DNA from: a virus
Reading direction: 5' to 3' (one strand)
Virus record (IMG/VR): IMGVR_UViG_3300037510_000203
Length of the DNA: 40,688 nt
A model generated the notes under the pieces. It searched no databases. It saw only the letters and a list, made by a program, of their open reading frames with translations, and was not told the origin of the DNA. A program made the position numbers and the translations under genes. Positions 39,323 to 40,688 of the stretch are shown here, piece after piece. The stretch's first letter is position 1. Every line of letters starts with the position of its first letter.

Positions 39323-39813
39323 TCGCGGTCAACGATCGCGCAGTCTTCGGGATCAAGTTCGCCGTAGATGTTGCTGATCAGGCCACCAAGCGTCTTTGGC
39401 AAGGATGCCTCTATAGCGCGCAGGCGCTCGATCTCGGCTTCCATCTCTTCGATGCGCATGCGTGCTGAGGTGACTTGCTCCGCCAACGCATCCGCCCGTG
39501 CAGCAGCCCATGAATAGCGCGTGGCTATAGTCGTAGCGCTGTCGGAGAGGTCGGCGTAGGGCTCAGAACGTTTCTCAACCATATTCCTCACTGCCTCATC
39601 GATCATTGCAGACCATTTACCTTTTTGGGTCTTAGCAAACCCGCTTGCCATCAGCATTTCTCGTGTCGGATCGCGCGGCACCACGACGTATCCGGCCTCC
39701 TCAATCGCGGTGAGTGCGGCTCCACAAAGATCGACATTGACTAAGATAACCCCGGCTTTGTCCAACTCGGCAGTTAATGCTAAACTGATCCTTTCTTTCA
39801 GGTCGTCGCTCAT
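39223..39813 (-). CDS. Hypothetical 196-aa protein
   Basis: Start MSDDLKERISL (ATGA overlap with the upstream gene). Confidence 0.6.
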   Translation of the reverse strand: MSDDLKERISLALTAELDKAGVILVNVDLCGAALTAIEEAGYVVVPRDPTREMLMASGFAKTQKGKWSAMIDEAVRNMVEKRSEPYADLSDSATTIATRYSWAAARADALAEQVTSARMRIEEMEAEIERLRAIEASLPKTLGGLISNIYGELDPEDCAIVDREWMRIRGIALAHQRQTKITLTAQRPASEKCTLP

Positions 39814-40070
39814 TTCGTTCTCCCAATCGAGGTGAGGACGGCGGCGATCTTGTCCATCGTGTCGGGCGGCAGGTTGCCGATCCGCTTCATGTCGAACTGG
39901 ACCCACTCCAGCGCCTCGATCAGCGCCGGCACCGCCGCGATCAGCTTGCGGTCGTCGTTCCAGTGTCCGCCTTCCAGCTCTGGCAGAAGCGGCTCGCGAC
40001 AAACCACTTTGTCATTGGCATCGAAGACGTAGGAGACACCTTCGGACCACGGAAATGGAGAATGGGTCAC
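39810..40070 (-). CDS. Hypothetical 86-aa protein
   Basis: ORF track; ATGA overlaps at both ends. Confidence 0.6.
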   Translation of the reverse strand: MTHSPFPWSEGVSYVFDANDKVVCREPLLPELEGGHWNDDRKLIAAVPALIEALEWVQFDMKRIGNLPPDTMDKIAAVLTSIGRTK

Positions 40071-40408
40071 CGGAGCACCACCGATCCGTTTATCTTGCGT
40101 TTGAACTTGCTGTCTCGTGAGCAGGCGAAGGTGCTTGGCTTGCGGATGCCGCGCTGGCGATCCTCAATCCGCTTGGCCTTCGCGATCGCCGGCACGTCAC
40201 GCTTGCGCGTCTTCTCGCTATGGCAGGCCATGCACAGGACCGCGCAGTTGTCCAAGCTCGGCTCACCACCGAGGCCATCCGGAATGACGTGGTCGTAATG
40301 AAACTTGCCGAGCGTCAGCCTGGCGCCGCAATTCTCGCCCTCGCATTTGCCATTGGCGCGCAAGAACGCATCGCGCTTGGTCTGCTTGCTGAACTCGCGC
40401 CGGCTCAT
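40067..40408 (-). CDS. HNH endonuclease
   Basis: CEGENCG...HYDHVIPDGLGGEPSLDNCAVLCMACHSEKT. Confidence 0.85.
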   Translation of the reverse strand: MSRREFSKQTKRDAFLRANGKCEGENCGARLTLGKFHYDHVIPDGLGGEPSLDNCAVLCMACHSEKTRKRDVPAIAKAKRIEDRQRGIRKPSTFACSRDSKFKRKINGSVVLR

Positions 40409-40688
40409 GCCACTTCCTCCGCAAATTCACGGAACTTCACGCCACGTTCTGTTCCAAAAGCCACAATCAGCTCAATGAGAGCTGTCATCTCGGCCTTGGT
40501 CATCTGGCTGGTGCGCATGCCGAGCGGGACGAATGTTCCCGCGTCAATGCCCGGCACCACGTTGTAGCGACGCAGCGAGGCGCTGCAGATGTCCTTCCAG
40601 TCCTCGCTGGAGAGCTTCTGGCCGTACCAATCAACCTGCTTGGCGACCTGTCCGAGCAGAGACCAGAGCATGGCATTCTGATCGCAGC
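40405..40688 (-). CDS. ninB: NinB/Orf-like recombination mediator, 3' part (the 5' end lies at 1-239 across the junction)
   Basis: LWSLLGQVAKQVDWYGQKLSSEDWKDICSASL..VVPGIDAGTFVPLGMRTSQMTKAEMTALIELIVAFGTERGVKF parallels lambda NinB (LWACLGDVSRQVEWHGRWLDAESWK...LIQAFGTERGVKW) as recalled. Confidence 0.8.
   Translation of the reverse strand, partial: CDQNAMLWSLLGQVAKQVDWYGQKLSSEDWKDICSASLRRYNVVPGIDAGTFVPLGMRTSQMTKAEMTALIELIVAFGTERGVKFREFAEEVA
40562..40688. repeat. Terminal direct repeat, copy 2 (identical to 1-127)
   Basis: Same 127 nt as the window start. Confidence 0.97.

Larger units (their letters stand above)
1..40688. mobile_element. Complete temperate phage genome, circularly closed (unique length 40,561 bp)
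   Basis: Modules readable from the ORF track: S24 repressor/Cro switch, Erf-YqaJ-NinB recombination genes, replication genes, HNH-TerS-TerL-portal-scaffold-capsid-tail-lysis block, Xis plus two tyrosine integrases. No host housekeeping genes. The ends are an exact 127-bp repeat. Confidence 0.85.

Noticed and set aside
1-40688. CRISPR arrays, rRNA genes, intact tRNA genes, reverse transcriptase (retron or DGR) and transposase or IS elements
   Set aside because: Reading both strands showed no regularly spaced direct repeats, no complete cloverleaf, no RT motifs (YxDD) and no transposase-like ORFs.

Overview
The window is a complete, circularly closed temperate phage genome. Positions 1-127 are identical to 40562-40688, so the unique length is 40,561 bp, and there is no flanking host DNA. 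The join reconstitutes a NinB/Orf-like gene that the linear break splits.

Layout:
- Immunity and early genes: a lambda-like switch with an S24 CI repressor (2997-3590, minus) divergent from a Cro-like HTH (3694-3921). A leftward early operon wraps through the junction and carries small genes, DUF551, Erf, YqaJ exonuclease, a zinc ribbon, NinB, HNH, about 10 unknown genes, Xis and Int.
- Rightward early/replication block (4024-8996): a CII-like HTH, a DnaA domain-IV-only protein, a GapR/DUF2312 homolog, an HNH, a putative replication protein, micro-ORFs and a putative late regulator.
- Late block (9195-29683): endonuclease VII, TerS, TerL, portal, scaffold, N4-gp56/DUF4043-like capsid, a P22 gp10-like protein, Gly/Ala-rich internal proteins, two tail-fibre proteins and a lysis cassette. 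No tape measure, tube or sheath gene was recognised, so a podovirus is inferred.
- Accessory arm (29.7-36.3 kb): visibly lower-GC small genes, a second tyrosine integrase, a Lar-like protein and two tRNA-derived sequence blocks.

The GapR homolog, the COG5526-type lysozyme and a tRNA-Val-like att fragment suggest an alphaproteobacterial host; this is inference.

Most interesting observations:
- A third copy of the CI-type promoter/operator at about 32.4 kb, which drives a structured leader and an uncharacterised cassette (HTH, a 29-aa membrane micro-peptide and three unknown genes).
- Two tandem integrases flanking a tRNA-Val(TAC)-like 3' fragment that is bracketed by a perfect 13-bp inverted repeat.
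- A second block of tandem tRNA T-arm/acceptor-like sequence.
- A four-gene cluster of membrane/coiled-coil proteins behind its own AT-rich repeat-bearing region, possibly a moron.
- Duplicated terminator-plus-RBS junction cassettes flanking the tail-fibre module.

All homology calls rest on motifs read by eye and recalled family signatures. No database search was run.
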